Counted from the stretch's first letter, positions 43,176-53,322 are shown. The stretch: 64,000 bases of DNA from Candidatus Homeothermus arabinoxylanisolvens (GCA_001689405.1 LUJO01000049.1:11864-75863), one strand, 5' to 3'. Made by a program: numbers and translations. The notes: a model not told the origin generated them from the letters alone.

Positions 43176-45593
43176 ATGATGAGACTTTCCGACTTGAAAA
43201 CGGGGGAGACCGGCGTTATCGTGAAGATTCTCGGACACGGAGCGTTTCGCAAACGCGTCATAGAAATGGGGTTTGTTAAAGGTCAGCGTATAAAGGTGTT
43301 GCTTAATGCGCCGCTGAAAGACCCTATCAAGTACAGCATAATGGGTTATGAACTGTCTTTGCGCCGGAGCGAGGCCGAGATGGTAGAGGTACTCCCTCTT
43401 GAGGCGTCGCGTAATGTCGGCACCGACTCTGTCGGGCCGGCAGGCTACTCCGACAATCCCGTTCATGATGAAGTTATCCGTAAGGATATAGAGGGCAAAT
43501 GCAAGACTATCAATATAGCGCTTATAGGCAATCCCAACTGCGGAAAGACTTCATTGTTCAATGCCGCTTCCGGAGCGCAGGAGCATGTGGGCAACTACAG
43601 CGGGGTAACGGTTGACGCTAAAAAGGGGCATTTTGAATATGGAGGATATTGTTTTAATATCGTGGATCTGCCCGGTACATACTCCCTGTCGTCGTACTCT
43701 CCTGAGGAGCTTTATGTAAGGCGTTATCTGCGCGATGAGACACCCGATGTCATTGTCAATGTCGTTGTGGCGTCCAACCTTGAGCGCAATCTCTACCTTA
43801 CTACCGAGCTGATCGACATGGACCGTTCGATGGTCATAGCACTTAACATGTATGACGAGCTTGAGCGCTCTGGGGCGTCGCTTGACTACAATCTGCTTGG
43901 ACAGATGATAGGTGTGCCCATGGTGCCTACCGTATCGCGCAACGGTGAAGGCCTTCATAAGCTTTTTGACACGATAATAAGTGTATATGAAGGACGCGAC
44001 AACGCCGTAAGACACATACATGTAAATCTCGGTCGCGATGTGGAGCGGGGCATAACGGTCATAAAGGACGCTATAAAACGCGACGGAAACATAGGCGCGC
44101 ACTTTTCGCCCCGTTATCTCGCTATAAAATTGTTGGAGCACGACCGCGAGGTGGAGGATATGGTCAAGCGCTCGCCCGATCATGAAGCCATATTTAAGCT
44201 GCGTGACGATGCGGTGGCTGAGATTGAGAAAAACGGTCATGAGGATGTGACCTCCCTTATAGCCAATGAGAAATATGGATTTATAGCCGGAGCTCTTGCC
44301 GAGACGTATACGGAGACAACGAAGGAGACTGCCCGCACCACCCATGTCATCGATGCCTTTGTCACTAACAAGCTGTTCGGGTTCCCTATATTCCTGCTTA
44401 TCATGTGGTTCATATTCTGGTGCACGTTTGAAATCGGCTCCTATCCGATGGCTTGGATTGAGGCTGCCGTGGACTTTATAGCGCGTACGGTACAGACATT
44501 GATGCCTGAAGGCCCGCTGAAGGACCTTATAGCCGATGGCATAATAGGAGGAGTAGGCGGGGTGATAGTATTCTTGCCGAACATACTCATATTGTATTTT
44601 TTCATCTCCTTTATGGAGGACTCGGGCTACATGGCGCGCGCTGCCTTCATAATGGACAAGCTCATGCATAAGATCGGGCTTCACGGCAAGTCGTTTATTC
44701 CGCTGGTCATGGGATTTGGCTGCAATGTGCCCGCCATAATGTCGGCCCGAGCCATCGAGAGCCGCAGCAGCCGCATCATTACTATTCTTATAAACCCGTT
44801 TATGTCGTGTTCGGCGCGTCTGCCGGTCTATGTGCTTCTTGTCGGGACATTCTTCAGTCGTCATGCCGGTCTTGTGTTTCTCGGCCTCTATCTGCTCGGT
44901 ATAGTCGTGGCCATGATAACGGCGAGGCTGTTGCGGCGTTTCTGGTTTAAAGCCGACGAGACCCCCTTTGTAATGGAACTTCCCCCTTACCGCCTGCCGA
45001 CTTTCCGTACGTCATTGCGCCATATGTGGACCAAAGGTGAACAGTATCTAAAGAAGATGGGCGGCATAATACTTGTGGCAAGTATAGTCGTATGGGCGTT
45101 GAACTATTTCCCACTTCATGACGAGAAGTCGTCCACACCCGAGTTTCAGAGTCTTACCGAAGCCGATGACGCCAAGATAGACCTTAAATATGATTCCTAT
45201 CTTGAGATGCTGGGCAAGGCCGTTAATCCGGTGATGACTCCGCTCGGTTTCCACTGGCGTACTACGGTGGCGGCGATAGCCGGCGCTCCTGCCAAGGAGA
45301 TTGTGGTGTCGACGCTCGGCGTACTTTATACAGGTGACGAAGAGATTGATGACAATTCATTGTCGGCGCGTCTTACTGCGCCCAATCCCATAACCGGAAA
45401 GCCCGACTTCACTCCGGCTTCGGCTCTTAGCCTCATGGTGTTTGTGCTGCTGTACTTCCCGTGCACGGCTACCGTCGTGGCTATAGTCAGGGAGACGGGA
45501 TCTTGGCGTTACGGCGCATTTTCGGTCATATACAATACGTTGGTGGCGTGGCTTGTGGCATGGCTCACATATAATGTTGCCGTGCTGATGTAA
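43176..45593 (+). CDS. feoB: Ferrous iron transporter, FeoA-FeoB fusion
   Basis: 805 aa with an N-terminal FeoA-like domain (LSDLKTGETGVIVKI...). The G-domain P-loop GNPNCGKTSLFN and a polytopic permease follow. Confidence 0.9.
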   Translation: MMRLSDLKTGETGVIVKILGHGAFRKRVIEMGFVKGQRIKVLLNAPLKDPIKYSIMGYELSLRRSEAEMVEVLPLEASRNVGTDSVGPAGYSDNPVHDEVIRKDIEGKCKTINIALIGNPNCGKTSLFNAASGAQEHVGNYSGVTVDAKKGHFEYGGYCFNIVDLPGTYSLSSYSPEELYVRRYLRDETPDVIVNVVVASNLERNLYLTTELIDMDRSMVIALNMYDELERSGASLDYNLLGQMIGVPMVPTVSRNGEGLHKLFDTIISVYEGRDNAVRHIHVNLGRDVERGITVIKDAIKRDGNIGAHFSPRYLAIKLLEHDREVEDMVKRSPDHEAIFKLRDDAVAEIEKNGHEDVTSLIANEKYGFIAGALAETYTETTKETARTTHVIDAFVTNKLFGFPIFLLIMWFIFWCTFEIGSYPMAWIEAAVDFIARTVQTLMPEGPLKDLIADGIIGGVGGVIVFLPNILILYFFISFMEDSGYMARAAFIMDKLMHKIGLHGKSFIPLVMGFGCNVPAIMSARAIESRSSRIITILINPFMSCSARLPVYVLLVGTFFSRHAGLVFLGLYLLGIVVAMITARLLRRFWFKADETPFVMELPPYRLPTFRTSLRHMWTKGEQYLKKMGGIILVASIVVWALNYFPLHDEKSSTPEFQSLTEADDAKIDLKYDSYLEMLGKAVNPVMTPLGFHWRTTVAAIAGAPAKEIVVSTLGVLYTGDEEIDDNSLSARLTAPNPITGKPDFTPASALSLMVFVLLYFPCTATVVAIVRETGSWRYGAFSVIYNTLVAWLVAWLTYNVAVLM

Positions 45594-45596
45594 GGC

Positions 45597-46955
45597 TTAT
45601 GTGTTGACAAATGTCTTGTTGGCCCACTTCATGCTCCACCACCGGTGTATGAATATGGCGCCGCGTGTCAGCTCGTCGGCCGCGATCATGAACCATAGCG
45701 CGTTGATGCCGAGTGCGAAGTATATGCCGAGTATGTATCCGCCGAGTACCTGTAACAGCCACATGCTCACCAGCCCTACATAGAACGGGTAGTTGACGTC
45801 GCCGGCGGCGCGCAGGGCATTTGTGGCGAAGATGTTTACAGGACGGCCTGTCTCCACGAGCACGTCAATCCAGAGTATGGTGCATCCTATGGCTATTATC
45901 TCCTGATTGGAGGTAAGAAGTCCGAGCAGCCATTTGCCTGACAAGGCGAGTACCAGCGACAGGCTGACGGTGATCAGTAGCGCAAGCCGCATCACGTACT
46001 TGCCGAGTATGAAAGCGCCGCGGTATTTGGCTTTTCCTACAAGATGTCCTACCGATATGGCGCCTCCCTGCGATATGGCTATGCAGAACAGGTAGCCGAA
46101 CATGACAATGTTCACCACGTATGTTCGTGCGGCAAGGACTTCGAGCCCAAGCATGTTGATGAAAAAGGTCATTATTATTTGGGCCGAACTGTAGCTGAAC
46201 TGTTCGCCGGCCGACGGAATACCGATTTTAAGCAGATTTTTCAGCTCTTTTACGGGAAAGTGCCTGAATATGTGCCACGGGAAGCGCGGTACTACGGTCC
46301 TGAACAGTATTACGGCAAGCACAGCCATGGCTATGGCACGGCTTGAGGCGGTGGATATGGCGGCGCCTTCCGCGCCGAGTGCCGGAGCGCCGAATTTTCC
46401 GAATATCAGTACGTAGTTGCCGAATATGTTGAGTATGTTGACAAGTCCTACGACTATCATGGGGTAGACGGCTTTGTTGCTTGCGCGCAAAGTAGCCGAC
46501 AGTGTAAGCGAAAGCGCTTGGAAGAAAGCAAACAATCCTACGATTCTCATATAGCCCACACCCTCTCCGAGCAGGTTGTCGTCAAGCCCCATCAGCTTGA
46601 GTATGGGTACGGCTCCGAAGCATAACAGGCTGCTTATGGCCAGCCCTATGATGAGATTTACCACGAGAGCCACTCCTACCACGTCGTAAATGCGGTTGTT
46701 CAGGCGTGCGCCGAGATATTGGCTCACAAGCACCGATGTACCCAGATTGATGACTTCAAACACAAGGAAGCACAGCATTACTATCTGATTGACGACTCCT
46801 ACAGCCGCAACCGACGCGTCGCTGTGCCGCGACAGCATGACTGTGTCGACGGCTCCGAGCGTCATGATGAGCAGAGTCTCGATAAATATCGGCACGGTCA
46901 GCGATGCCAATTGCTTTTTAAGGGCGTTTGCAGGTTTAAGTGATGTCATAGGCAA
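45597..46955 (-). CDS. MATE-family efflux transporter
   Basis: 452 aa with 12 predicted TM helices and a MATE-type N-terminus (LASLTVPIFIETLLIMTLGAVDTVMLS). Confidence 0.85.
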   Translation of the reverse strand: MPMTSLKPANALKKQLASLTVPIFIETLLIMTLGAVDTVMLSRHSDASVAAVGVVNQIVMLCFLVFEVINLGTSVLVSQYLGARLNNRIYDVVGVALVVNLIIGLAISSLLCFGAVPILKLMGLDDNLLGEGVGYMRIVGLFAFFQALSLTLSATLRASNKAVYPMIVVGLVNILNIFGNYVLIFGKFGAPALGAEGAAISTASSRAIAMAVLAVILFRTVVPRFPWHIFRHFPVKELKNLLKIGIPSAGEQFSYSSAQIIMTFFINMLGLEVLAARTYVVNIVMFGYLFCIAISQGGAISVGHLVGKAKYRGAFILGKYVMRLALLITVSLSLVLALSGKWLLGLLTSNQEIIAIGCTILWIDVLVETGRPVNIFATNALRAAGDVNYPFYVGLVSMWLLQVLGGYILGIYFALGINALWFMIAADELTRGAIFIHRWWSMKWANKTFVNT

Positions 46956-46980
46956 CCGGTTGACAGTATTGCATATATAA

Positions 46981-47024
46981 AGACAAAAGAGTCGGATTGC
47001 TGATGCCTGTCCGCTCTTTTGTCT
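46981..47024 (-). terminator. Terminator hairpin after fabI
   Basis: 11-bp perfect stem AGACAAAAGAG / CTCTTTTGTCT. On the - strand it is followed by a T/A-rich run. Confidence 0.55.
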
Positions 47025-47050
47025 TTAGGTTAGCTGGCAGTGACAGCGGA

Positions 47051-47908
47051 TTATCCGTACTGGATGGTGCCGTCGGGATTGCGGTACAGGTCAAAGCTCT
47101 TCTCATACTGGTCCATGGCGCGAAGGCTCATGCCCATGCTTGAGAAGCCGCCGTCGTGAAAGAGGTTCTGCATCGTCACCTTGCGGGTAAGGTCGCTGAA
47201 CATGACTATGCAGTAGTCGGCACATTCATCGGCGTTGGCGTTGCCCAACGGCGACATGCGGTTGGAGAAGTCCATCAACGACTCCATTCCTTTCACTCCG
47301 CTTCCGGCAGTGGTCTGTGTGGGTGACTGTGATATCGTATTTATACGTACGTTTTTCTCGCGTCCGTATATGTAGCCGAAGCTGCGTGCTATCGATTCAA
47401 GAAGTGCTTTGGCATCGGCCATGTCGTTGTAGCCGAACATGGTGCGCTGCGAAGCTATGTAGCTGAGTGCTATTATGCTTCCGTAGTCGTTTATCGCGTC
47501 GAGCTTTTTGGCTGCCTGTATCATCTTGTGAAATGATATGGCCGATATGTCGAGGGTTTTATTGAGTAGGTCGTAGTCGATGTCGTCATACAGACGTTTT
47601 TTTCTTACATTGGGCGACATGCCTATTGAGTGCAGTACGAAATCGATTTTGCCGCCGAGTATCTCCATTGATTTTGTAAATACCATCTCAAGGTCCTCGA
47701 CATTGGTGGCATCGGCGGGCAATACTTCTGCGTTAAGTTTTTCTCCGAGCTTGCTTACGTCGCCCATCCTCACTGCCACAGGTGTGTTTGACAGCGTGAT
47801 TACGGCTCCTTCTTCTACCGCTCTTTCTGCGACTTTCCAAGCGATACTCATGTCATTGAGCGCTCCGAATATCACGCCGCGCTTTCCTTTCAATAAGTTG
47901 TGACTCAT
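47051..47908 (-). CDS. fabI: Enoyl-ACP reductase FabI
   Basis: 285 aa SDR-type protein with N-terminal LKGKRGVIFGALNDMSIAW. It has a FabI-type Tyr/Lys region. Confidence 0.9.
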   Translation of the reverse strand: MSHNLLKGKRGVIFGALNDMSIAWKVAERAVEEGAVITLSNTPVAVRMGDVSKLGEKLNAEVLPADATNVEDLEMVFTKSMEILGGKIDFVLHSIGMSPNVRKKRLYDDIDYDLLNKTLDISAISFHKMIQAAKKLDAINDYGSIIALSYIASQRTMFGYNDMADAKALLESIARSFGYIYGREKNVRINTISQSPTQTTAGSGVKGMESLMDFSNRMSPLGNANADECADYCIVMFSDLTRKVTMQNLFHDGGFSSMGMSLRAMDQYEKSFDLYRNPDGTIQYG

Positions 47909-47939
47909 TATAATATAATGTTAGTAAAAATTGCGGCTG

Positions 47940-47947
47940 CAAAGTTA
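47940..47947 (-). promoter_or_regulatory. Candidate -7 promoter box for fabI
   Basis: CAAAGTTA on the + strand equals TAACTTTG on the - strand, 32 nt upstream of the ATG at 47908. Confidence 0.4.
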
Positions 47948-48054
47948 CAAAAAATAATTTAAACTCGCTCAGTTATTGAAATATACCTTGCTGCCGGCGT
48001 AAGCTGCTGAACGTCAGATGTGTGTGAAGCCGATGTGAATGTACGGTGTGTCGT

Positions 48055-49068
48055 TTAGAATCGCACCACAAGCTCCACTACAAGTTTGTCGCCGTCGCCG
48101 GGCAGGTATTCGGCGTTGTGGCGGTAAAAGTATTTCTCATAGTTTACCCTTATGTCGGCGTGCAGCGCTTTTTTTACGTAACTTAGTGTGGCACCGGCGG
48201 TTATACGGTTGCGTGCCGGGTCGGTTGTAGTCAGAACCCCTTCGTCATTACGGGTGCCGTTGCTGTGGGCGGTCATGCCGTCAAATCGTCCCTGAAAAGA
48301 CAGTGTGTTGAACATGCCGGCATTGACCGGCATGCGGTAGTCGGCAAATATGCTGTAGGCGTGACATGCTTTGTGCGCTTTGTGGGTATAGTGCTTGTAC
48401 ATGTACTCGCCCTCGACGGTCCACCTGTCGGCGCTCCAGCCTATGCTGCCGTCGATGAGGTTCATCCTTACAGAGTCGGGACTCAGCGACTGTACGCCTG
48501 TGGCAAGTGTTACCCGGCCTATTTTGTATGTGGCTTTGCCGGCATATGACATCTTGCGGTGCCATGTCTCGTGGTCTGATATTGTTGACGGATTAAATGC
48601 TCCGGCCTCTACCTTGAGTGGAACTATCGGCAAGGTGTACTCTAATTTCGCTCCTACTGCGCGTACGTTGCACACCTGCTTGCCTATAAATGACCGGTTG
48701 GCGAAAAGATAATTCTGCGGCCCTCGGAAAGGATCGACACCAAAAGGCATTCTGAACTGACCGGCCCGGAATTTCAGATCGTCAGTGAAGTTGAGTTGTC
48801 CCCACGCATCGAGTATTTTCATTTTCCCACGGTCGCAGAGGTCTGTATTTATATAGTACTGTATCTCCGGAGCCACTCGGCCCTCCACGCTTAGGCGTGC
48901 ATTGCGCACCTGAAAGCGGTTTTCGCCGTTTTCAGTGGCAAGTTCCCAGCGTGACCTTATAGTGCCGTGAAACACAGGTTTGTAATCGATATCTGGTTCT
49001 TCAGCTTTAGCCGGTAAGTTGACAGTCAACGATAACAACAATATTGCGATAGTAATACGGATCGGCAT
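48055..49068 (-). CDS. Porin (phosphate-selective porin O/P-like family)
   Basis: 337 aa with a signal peptide and beta-barrel periodicity. The N-terminal pattern is HGTIRSRWE...FQVRNARLSVEG and the C-terminal residue is Phe. Confidence 0.6.
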   Translation of the reverse strand: MPIRITIAILLLSLTVNLPAKAEEPDIDYKPVFHGTIRSRWELATENGENRFQVRNARLSVEGRVAPEIQYYINTDLCDRGKMKILDAWGQLNFTDDLKFRAGQFRMPFGVDPFRGPQNYLFANRSFIGKQVCNVRAVGAKLEYTLPIVPLKVEAGAFNPSTISDHETWHRKMSYAGKATYKIGRVTLATGVQSLSPDSVRMNLIDGSIGWSADRWTVEGEYMYKHYTHKAHKACHAYSIFADYRMPVNAGMFNTLSFQGRFDGMTAHSNGTRNDEGVLTTTDPARNRITAGATLSYVKKALHADIRVNYEKYFYRHNAEYLPGDGDKLVVELVVRF

Positions 49069-49319
49069 AAGTATAGTATAATGATGGTTTATTCAGGTTG
49101 TAAAGTTACTGAATAAAACCGAGATGCCAAAATTGCGGGTCAATATAGAAAAGCGGGTGCCCTGACATTGCAAGTACGTTTTGCCCTCGTTTTTAACATA
49201 TCGCGCATTTTTACATTAACTTACATTAAATAGCGGAGTAATGTGCAATGTGCCAGCCTGTTGACGTGAAAACGAACTGTTAATGCCCGATTGTACATAA
49301 AAAGGGTATTTCGTCGTAT

Positions 49320-49327
49320 TATCTTTG
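49320..49327 (+). promoter_or_regulatory. Candidate -7 promoter box
   Basis: TATCTTTG matches TAnnTTTG, 33 nt upstream of the ATG at 49360. Confidence 0.4.
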
Positions 49328-49359
49328 CGGGAAACAATACTTAAACCAATCACGATATT

Positions 49360-49809
49360 ATGAAACGTACACCGAAATTTGACAAGGCTTGGAGCGAGTC
49401 CATAGCCATGCTTCCCGCAGAACTTCAGCAACCGCTTATCGAAGCCATAAAGGAGTATCAGATATCAGGAACAGAACCGACAGGGCTTGCTCCTATAGCA
49501 CAATGCGTGTTCAATCTCCTGAAACCGGTCATAGACCGCCGTGCGAAGTCCGCATCCTATCAGCGCCGTCGCCGCGAGGCCGCGGCCGAAGTGCGCCGCG
49601 CTCCCGCCACCATCGAGGCCGGACGCCTTGTCAAACAGGACCGCAAATACATACGCCTCATAGCCAAGCGCTACAACATCATCCACCGCCACATCAAGTC
49701 GGAGATCGACCGCCTGTCAGCCACGCTGACCGCCGACGGCATAGACCGCATCCCCGTGTCCCGCTACAAAGAGTACCTCGAACAGCACCTTGCCACCATA
49801 ATCTGTTGA
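49360..49809 (+). CDS. Hypothetical basic protein (DUF6291-like N-terminus is a guess)
   Basis: 149-aa ORF with its own -7 box, an Arg-rich middle and no catalytic motifs recognised. Confidence 0.45.
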   Translation: MKRTPKFDKAWSESIAMLPAELQQPLIEAIKEYQISGTEPTGLAPIAQCVFNLLKPVIDRRAKSASYQRRRREAAAEVRRAPATIEAGRLVKQDRKYIRLIAKRYNIIHRHIKSEIDRLSATLTADGIDRIPVSRYKEYLEQHLATIIC

Positions 49810-49827
49810 AAGACAGATGTCTTGTTG

Positions 49828-49920
49828 GTAGGGACGCCGGTACCACGGCGTCCGGTTTCGACCCGTATGGCCTCACAATCGTACTAATCCCCGGCTTCGA
49901 CCCGTATGGCCCCACAACCA
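49828..49920 (+). repeat. REP-like unit followed by a two-copy internal direct repeat
   Basis: GTAG GGACGCC ggtaccac GGCGTCC (49828-49853), then two copies of TTCGACCCGTATGGCC. The first ~45 nt are near-identical to 31861-31905. Confidence 0.75.
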
Positions 49921-49926
49921 CCGGTG

Positions 49927-50553
49927 TCAGTTCTTCTTGGGTCGGTAGGCTTCCAGCAGCGGTACCGGATATTGTGAAAACATTACCGATACAGCTTCGC
50001 TGATGGCCGGAAGGTCACGGTATGAACCGTCGACCGGATTTATGATGGTGGCTACCGATGAGGAGTAAAGCGGCTTCATCTTTCGGGTATCGATCATGTC
50101 GATTGTCAGAACTCCCTCTTCATAAAGCCCTTTGACTATGCGTGTATAGGTCTCGCAGTCATTCCAGTATGAGTCACGTGGCATTACAAAAAACGGATAG
50201 TACCCGTTGTAATACGGACCTGCAGGCTTTTTGTGTCCCGGGCGCGTACTCTCGGCTGCGTCTTCGGGAGTTATGGTGTGGTGTATGGTTACACCGATAT
50301 TTATAAGCAGTGTGGCGTCGGGCGACTCGATATAGCCGCGTTTCAGCATCTGGTCGCGTATCGAGGCTACTATGTTGGAGTATGTCACGGGTTGCATGCC
50401 CGGCGGCAATTGTCCTTTGGAGCGGCTGACTATGCGGTATTTCTCATAATCGCTCATGTCGGCGTTGTCATAAGTCTCGCTGTTGAGCAGAGTGTAGCCG
50501 GAGCAGCCTGTTATGAGCAGCATTGTTGTCAGTAATACGAGTATGTGTTTCAT
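49927..50553 (-). CDS. DUF4136-like lipoprotein
   Basis: ORF 49927..50721 trimmed to the ATG at 50553, which gives MKHILVLLTTMLLITGC, for 208 aa. Confidence 0.6.
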   Translation of the reverse strand: MKHILVLLTTMLLITGCSGYTLLNSETYDNADMSDYEKYRIVSRSKGQLPPGMQPVTYSNIVASIRDQMLKRGYIESPDATLLINIGVTIHHTITPEDAAESTRPGHKKPAGPYYNGYYPFFVMPRDSYWNDCETYTRIVKGLYEEGVLTIDMIDTRKMKPLYSSSVATIINPVDGSYRDLPAISEAVSVMFSQYPVPLLEAYRPKKN

Positions 50554-50751
50554 AAAGCCCTCTTGTTTGGTAATATGATAACAATGCCGCAAAGTCAAAT
50601 GTTTCATTATCACGATTAACAATATTTCTTTAAAATTGTAAAAAGGTTTGGCGGGTAACGAATAGTGTAGTATATTTGAACCCACATTGTAATTATGCAA
50701 CGACACGTCATTGATAATCACCTTATTTTAAAGTAGACATACCACTGCATT

Positions 50752-50985
50752 ATGACCGATATCACAGAACTGTTTCTGCAGATTATTCATCAGTATAAAA
50801 GTGTTGACATAGCGGAAGCCGAGTTTAAGAAAATGCTTCACGAGGATCAGGATCTTCGTGAGGAGTACCGTGAGTGGTGCGACGCCGTAGGCAGTTCCGA
50901 AAAAATGGGCTTCCTCGATTATTGCGACGAATACATGGACTCGCAGGAGTCGATTTACGACACGCTCAATGACTATGACGAGTGA
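50752..50985 (+). CDS. Small highly acidic protein of unknown function
   Basis: 77-aa ORF rich in Asp/Glu. Its stop lies 1 nt before the aguA ATG at 50987. Confidence 0.5.
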   Translation: MTDITELFLQIIHQYKSVDIAEAEFKKMLHEDQDLREEYREWCDAVGSSEKMGFLDYCDEYMDSQESIYDTLNDYDE

Positions 50986-50986
50986 T

Positions 50987-52009
50987 ATGAATTGTCGCCG
51001 GCTTCCGGCGGAGTGGGAGCGGCACGGAGGTGTCATACTCGCATGGCCTCATGCCGATACCGACTGGGCTCCGATACTGGACGAGGTTTCAGATTGTTTT
51101 GAAAATATAATCAGGGCTGTTGCCGCTGAAGAGATTGCCATTGTCATAGCTCCCGATACTTCGGTACCGAGAAGGCGCCTTGCCGGCCTCGACAATGTAC
51201 TGTATGTGACTCTTCCCACCAATGATACTTGGGCCCGTGATTTCGGCCCTATAACAGTGTTGGAAAACGGCACTCCGGTCATGTATGATTTCCGTTTTAA
51301 CGGATGGGGCCTTAAATTCCCGGCCGACAAGGACAATCTGTTGACACGCGGCATGACGGGCGTCGGTGTACTGCAGGGCGTGTATCGCAATCGCCTCGGC
51401 TTTGTGCTTGAAGGCGGGTCGATAGAAAGTGACGGCCGCGGCACTCTGCTTACTACATCGCAGTGTCTGCTGTCGCCTAACCGCAACGGGGAGATGTCGC
51501 GCGACGATATAGAGCGATACCTTGTGCGTCAGTTCGGCCTGAATAAGGTTCTCTGGCTTGACTACGGGTATCTTGCGGGCGATGACACCGACAGCCATAT
51601 AGATACTCTGGCCCGTCTTGCTCCCGATGATACGATACTTTATGTCGGATGTGACGACGAGGCCGACGAGCATTACGACGAGCTGTCGTCAATGAAGCAT
51701 CAGCTTATGCAGTTCCGTACCGTCGACGGCTGTCCGTTTAATCTTGTCGAGCTGCCCATGCCCGATGCCATATATGATGAGGAGGGTCAGCGTTTGCCGG
51801 CCACATATGCCAATTTCCTGATACTTAACCGGTCGATACTGATGCCGTCATATGCACAGCCGCGTAAGGACGAGCTTGCGGCCAAAATACTTAAAATAGC
51901 ATTTCCCGACCATGAGGTCAAGATGATCGATTGCCGGGCATTGATAAAACAACACGGGTCGCTGCATTGTGTGACAATGCAGGTGCCTCGCGAAATATTA
52001 CCGATATAA
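50987..52009 (+). CDS. aguA: Agmatine deiminase
   Basis: ATG at 50987 inside ORF 50969..52009. It has LPAEWERH..., WARDFGP and a C-terminal GSLHCVTMQ with the catalytic Cys context. Confidence 0.9.
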   Translation: MNCRRLPAEWERHGGVILAWPHADTDWAPILDEVSDCFENIIRAVAAEEIAIVIAPDTSVPRRRLAGLDNVLYVTLPTNDTWARDFGPITVLENGTPVMYDFRFNGWGLKFPADKDNLLTRGMTGVGVLQGVYRNRLGFVLEGGSIESDGRGTLLTTSQCLLSPNRNGEMSRDDIERYLVRQFGLNKVLWLDYGYLAGDDTDSHIDTLARLAPDDTILYVGCDDEADEHYDELSSMKHQLMQFRTVDGCPFNLVELPMPDAIYDEEGQRLPATYANFLILNRSILMPSYAQPRKDELAAKILKIAFPDHEVKMIDCRALIKQHGSLHCVTMQVPREILPI

Positions 52010-52012
52010 ACG

Positions 52013-52891
52013 ATGTTGAAAGTAGGTATAATACAGCAGTCCAATACAGCGTCGGTTGAAGATAACCGCCGTCGTCTTGCCGACAAGATGAGAGCTCTTG
52101 CCGCTTCCGGCGCTCAGCTTATTGTCAATCAGGAGTTGCACGACTCTCTATACTTTTGCCAGACCGAGTCGGTCGACATGTGCGGTCTGGCCGTACCGTT
52201 TCCTTCCGAGACTACCGATTTTTACTCGGAGCTTGCACGGCAGCTCGGTGTCGTCATTGTCACCTCGCTTTATGAGCGCCGTGCTCCCGGATTGTATCAT
52301 AACACTGCCGTGGTGTTTGAAAAAGACGGTTCGGTAGCCGGTAAATATCGTAAAATGCATATACCCGATGATCCGGCCTACTACGAGAAGTTCTATTTTG
52401 CTCCCGGCGACCTCGGGTTTGTGCCTATTGACACATCGGTAGGACGGCTCGGCGTGCTCGTGTGCTGGGACCAGTGGTATCCCGAGGCTGCGCGTCTTAT
52501 GGCGTTGCGCGGTGCACAGATACTTATTTATCCTACGGCCATAGGATGGGAGAGCACGGATACCGACGATGAAAAAGCCCGTCAGCTCGATGCTTGGGTC
52601 ACCGTCCAGCGCGGCCATGCCATAGCCAACGGATTGCCGCTTGTGGCGGTAAACAGAGTAGGGCATGAGCCTGATCCGTCAGGCGTAACTAACGGCATAT
52701 CATTCTGGGGTAACTCCTTTGTAGCCGGCCCGCAAGGCGAATTCCTGTTCCGCGCGTCATCTGACGGCGAAGTCGAGGCTTTGGTCGAAATAGACTTACA
52801 ACGTTCCGAAAACGTAAGGCGTTGGTGGCCATTCCTCCGTGACCGCCGCATCGACGCATACTCCGGCCTTACCTCACGCTACCTCGACTAA
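52013..52891 (+). CDS. aguB: N-carbamoylputrescine amidase (carbon-nitrogen hydrolase family)
   Basis: 292 aa with nitrilase-superfamily Glu/Lys/Cys contexts (NQELH, YRKMHIPD, VLVCWDQWYPE). It directly follows aguA. Confidence 0.9.
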   Translation: MLKVGIIQQSNTASVEDNRRRLADKMRALAASGAQLIVNQELHDSLYFCQTESVDMCGLAVPFPSETTDFYSELARQLGVVIVTSLYERRAPGLYHNTAVVFEKDGSVAGKYRKMHIPDDPAYYEKFYFAPGDLGFVPIDTSVGRLGVLVCWDQWYPEAARLMALRGAQILIYPTAIGWESTDTDDEKARQLDAWVTVQRGHAIANGLPLVAVNRVGHEPDPSGVTNGISFWGNSFVAGPQGEFLFRASSDGEVEALVEIDLQRSENVRRWWPFLRDRRIDAYSGLTSRYLD

Positions 52892-52935
52892 CCGCTACCC
52901 ACACGCCCCCTTCGGTTAACCGGCATCTACGTCGG

Positions 52936-52966
52936 CCCGGACGCCGGTACTCCGGCCTCCGACTAC
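52936..52966 (-). repeat. Degenerate REP-like unit
   Basis: On the - strand it reads GTAG TC GGAGGCC ggagtacc GGCGTCC, showing partial stem decay. Confidence 0.35.
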
Positions 52967-53081
52967 GCCTTGTACAACCTCAGGGATTGTTATTTTCATC
53001 CCGCTAAAACCGGATCAATGTACCCCCCCGTTGTTAAGCGGCTGTATTTTCTTGATTTTGGTCAACTGTCACACCGATATG

Positions 53082-53322
53082 GTACGAGCCTGCAAAGGCT
53101 TCTGCCAATTGTAAGCCGGGGACAAGCCGGTCTTCGGACGGCGCAGTCTCCGGTACGTAGTACCCCGCCATTTATGAGTCTGCAAAGACTCATGCCGACA
53201 ACGTTCAGTCATTAGCCACACGCACGAGTCTTGTCAGACTCAATCTGTTTGGTGACACCTCCCGGTCCGGACACTTCGTGCCCGGCTAACGTTTGGCGTG
53301 AGCCTTTACAGGCTCGTCGGTT
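53082..53322. repeat. Two diverged inverted copies of a ~110-nt hairpin-capped unit (large imperfect palindrome)
   Basis: The hairpins are AGCCT-GCAA-AGGCT (53086-53101) and ATGAGTCT-GCAA-AGACTCAT (53174-53193). They are mirrored by GAGTCT-TGTC-AGACTC (53226-53241) and GAGCCT-TTAC-AGGCTC (53300-53315). The segments between hairpins also align in reverse complement (CCAA..GT.AGCCGGG.AC). Confidence 0.7.

Noticed and set aside
43551-44864. 437-aa ORF on the - strand inside feoB
   Set aside because: It is fully antisense to a strongly supported gene, and its Arg/His/Tyr/Lys-rich composition is typical of the reverse frame of a GC-balanced gene. It has no motif and no promoter box.
49389-50003. 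204-aa ORF overlapping the 149-aa gene and running through the REP-like element
   Set aside because: It is an alternative frame with an extreme Arg/Pro/His content that continues across obviously non-coding palindromic repeats. The 149-aa frame is the more protein-like one.
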